Source of the DNA: Salpingoeca rosetta
Lineage: Eukaryota > Protista > Choanoflagellata
Direction: 5' to 3'
Assembly (NCBI GenBank): GCA_033442325.1
Contig: JAWQFM010000023.1
Location: 1,022,590 to 1,086,589, forward strand
Length of the DNA: 64,000 bases
The notes under the pieces were generated by a model that was not told the DNA's origin, searched no databases, and saw only the letters and a list, made by a program, of their open reading frames with translations. This document shows positions 56,193-64,000 of the stretch, in pieces. Numbering within the stretch: position 1 is the stretch's first letter; each line of letters opens with the position of its first letter. A program made the translations under genes and the position numbers.

Positions 56193-56210
56193 ACACATGC
56201 GAATCACTCA

Positions 56211-60841
<4,631 letters not shown>

Positions 60842-60875
60842 GACTTAGAACACAGCACACACCCGCACACACACA

Positions 60876-60910
<35 letters not shown>

Positions 60911-60911
60911 C

Positions 60912-60978
<67 letters not shown>

Positions 60979-61190
60979 AACCAGGCGATTCCGCTGCCCT
61001 CCCTGCCTCCCTGCTTTGATATGCTTTCTCGCCTCCTCTCCTCTCTCGCGCCATACACTTGATGTGCTTGGAAGATGGAGGTGGTTTGTAACTAGCTTGA
61101 TATGGCCACGAGGGTGTTTGTATGTACAACTTTACTCTGCCATAAAAATAAAGACTTGTGTGCGAACACTCTCGCTCCCACATTCAACAC

Positions 61191-62152
61191 NNNNNNNNNN
61201 NNNNNNNNNNNNNNNNNNNNNNNNNNNNNNNNNNNNNNNNNNNNNNNNNNNNNNNNNNNNNNNNNNNNNNNNNNNNNNNNNNNNNNNNNNNNNNNNNNNN
61301 NNNNNNNNNNNNNNNNNNNNNNNNNNNNNNNNNNNNNNNNNNNNNNNNNNNNNNNNNNNNNNNNNNNNNNNNNNNNNNNNNNNNNNNNNNNNNNNNNNNN
61401 NNNNNNNNNNNNNNNNNNNNNNNNNNNNNNNNNNNNNNNNNNNNNNNNNNNNNNNNNNNNNNNNNNNNNNNNNNNNNNNNNNNNNNNNNNNNNNNNNNNN
61501 NNNNNNNNNNNNNNNNNNNNNNNNNNNNNNNNNNNNNNNNNNNNNNNNNNNNNNNNNNNNNNNNNNNNNNNNNNNNNNNNNNNNNNNNNNNNNNNNNNNN
61601 NNNNNNNNNNNNNNNNNNNNNNNNNNNNNNNNNNNNNNNNNNNNNNNNNNNNNNNNNNNNNNNNNNNNNNNNNNNNNNNNNNNNNNNNNNNNNNNNNNNN
61701 NNNNNNNNNNNNNNNNNNNNNNNNNNNNNNNNNNNNNNNNNNNNNNNNNNNNNNNNNNNNNNNNNNNNNNNNNNNNNNNNNNNNNNNNNNNNNNNNNNNN
61801 NNNNNNNNNNNNNNNNNNNNNNNNNNNNNNNNNNNNNNNNNNNNNNNNNNNNNNNNNNNNNNNNNNNNNNNNNNNNNNNNNNNNNNNNNNNNNNNNNNNN
61901 NNNNNNNNNNNNNNNNNNNNNNNNNNNNNNNNNNNNNNNNNNNNNNNNNNNNNNNNNNNNNNNNNNNNNNNNNNNNNNNNNNNNNNNNNNNNNNNNNNNN
62001 NNNNNNNNNNNNNNNNNNNNNNNNNNNNNNNNNNNNNNNNNNNNNNNNNNNNNNNNNNNNNNNNNNNNNNNNNNNNNNNNNNNNNNNNNNNNNNNNNNNN
62101 NNNNNNNNNNNNNNNNNNNNNNNNNNNNNNNNNNNNNNNNNNNNNNNNNNNN
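61191..62152. other. Largest assembly gap; others at 13182-13281, 16554-16653, 24370-24469, 31653-32100, 37252-37404, 43566-44020, 55302-55834
   Basis: Runs of N, mostly adjacent to microsatellites or low-quality-looking sequence. Confidence 0.99.
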
Positions 62153-62257
62153 CGGGAGGTGTAAGTACCCGGCCCCACAAGCAGGTAGACAAGAAAATCT
62201 CTAGCACACAGCAGGTTACGCATGTTATAGAACACTGCACACACGCGCACACACACA

Positions 62258-62407
<150 letters not shown>

Positions 62408-62852
62408 GACACGCACGAACACACACACACACACATACACACACAACATCCGTATGTTCTCGTCTGGGTGGTTGTGAAGCTGGCGAGTGGCGTGTCTCAC
62501 AGTTCCCACCACATGCATGCGGTATTCCGTTCGCGTGAACAGAGCAAGGCGTGCGGAGACGGGCGCTCCTGTCTGAAAGTCTGCTACTGGTGTTGCAGTA
62601 TGGCGCATCAAACTTGGGCGTGGAGCGCTTCGTTGTTCAGCCAGGCAGCACCGCCAAGAACAGGTTTCGAGGATGTATACGTCTTCGTGTGTTTATGTGT
62701 GCACTCACTCTCCTTCTCATCTCACGTCCTCCCCCCATGCGTGCACGCCCATGCCCAACCAGCCCACCCAACCCACCAACCAACTGACCAACTCCACCAC
62801 CAACCCCCTCCCACATCGCCACAGGCTGCTGTTTGCGGTGCGGGACGAGAAC

Positions 62853-63743
62853 ATGCCTGTCACCGGAGAGACGATGGCAGCGCCGCCGCAGCGCAAGATG
62901 GCGCGCCGCCCGTCGGTGGCCGTCAAAGTGAGCGAGGGCTGGCGGCAGGTCAAGGACTCCGTTTCCAGCGCAATTCGCCCAAAGCAGAAGGTGGGGGAGT
63001 GCGTTGGTAGCGTGTGGAGGGTGTGCGTTCTGTGTGGAGGGTGTGGCGTGTGAGGAAGATTGCTTTCTCTCCCCTCCGTCACCCACTCCGCACAACGCTG
63101 CAGCCTTGGAAGCCCCCATCATATTCTGTTGGTGCAACACGCGGCATTTCTCCTCCCTCACCACCACCACCACCACCACTGCATGTGCTTGTTGCCACCG
63201 CCAGACGGACATCATCCAGCGATTGACGCGTCATCTTGAGCGCCGTGATCCAGGCTACCACTGGCCGAATGAACTCGACTTTGAGATCACAGGTCCACTG
63301 ATGGTGGTGGTGTTGATGGTGGTGGTGGTGGTGGTGGTGTTGCTCATGGGGGGGGGGCGTGTGGTGACGAGTTACATGCACACACAAACAGACACACACA
63401 TACGCACACACACACACATACGCACACACATCCACACCAACACATATGTTGACACATGTACGTCTGTTCTCGTGATGTGCACTTTTTCCTTCAGATGCGA
63501 ATCGGTTGGAGCTATCCATGAATGAATTTGCGCGCAAAACCCTGGAGAAGTTTACAAATCACGCAAACTTCATTCGATACAGGCACGTAGTTGTTATGTG
63601 TCGGTGCTTTGAAGGGGTGTTGGAGGTACTGTGATGTTTGTTGTGCTGGCTAACATGCACACACGTACACACTCGTACACACACACATTCGTACACACAC
63701 ACATTCGTACACACACACACACACACACACACACGTACACGCA

Positions 63744-63808
<65 letters not shown>

Positions 63809-63930
63809 ACGTGCACACACACACACACTTATTCATCCCCCATCTCACGTCCACGTGTATGTGGACATTACACTGTGCACAGGACCTGACACCCGATGGG
63901 TACTCCCGGGCTCCTTCAATACACGCGTGA
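62853..63930 (+). CDS. 5' exons of an unidentified gene, possibly a protein tyrosine phosphatase (partial)
   Basis: Spliceable exons [25 protein letters not shown]|[29 protein letters not shown]|[29 protein letters not shown]. The following ..P..NTRV-like sequence weakly resembles PTP motif 1 (KNRY.DI.P..TRV), but the frame breaks near the window end. Confidence 0.3.
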
Positions 63931-64000
63931 ACAGAAAAACGTTACACTCACCCCTTATTTGAAGAGCCCCCTGCAGACCCCCGGGGGCAGCTTGGGGTTG

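Overview
This is eukaryotic, intron-rich, GC-rich draft genomic DNA with 8 N-gaps. Introns are packed with (GT)n/(CA)n, (GAGT)n/(ACTC)n and (TTG)n microsatellites. Style and gene content suggest a unicellular holozoan such as a choanoflagellate (Salpingoeca-like; inference only). Most long ORFs in the supplied track are microsatellite artefacts. About 15 genes can be reconstructed by hand, mostly as divergent pairs: two-pore channel (3' part), intronless RlmN/Cfr-family radical SAM enzyme, CCT1, ERK-type MAPK, GLTP, ESS2/DGCR14, TYW1, a low-complexity nuclear-type protein, COPG, ATG18/WIPI, a repeat-coiled coil-kinase-PARP-like fusion, an FG-GAP/VCBS protein abutting a truncated AFG1 ATPase, ANKRD40-like, HPS6-like, and the start of a possible PTP. 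The standout is the gene at ~43410-47737. It joins tandem 59-aa repeats (each with a Lifeact-like VxxLIxxF motif and a PPPPLP motif), a coiled coil, an apparently intact TKL-type kinase and a C-terminal H-Y-E ADP-ribosyltransferase domain. Exon boundaries were read by eye and are approximate.
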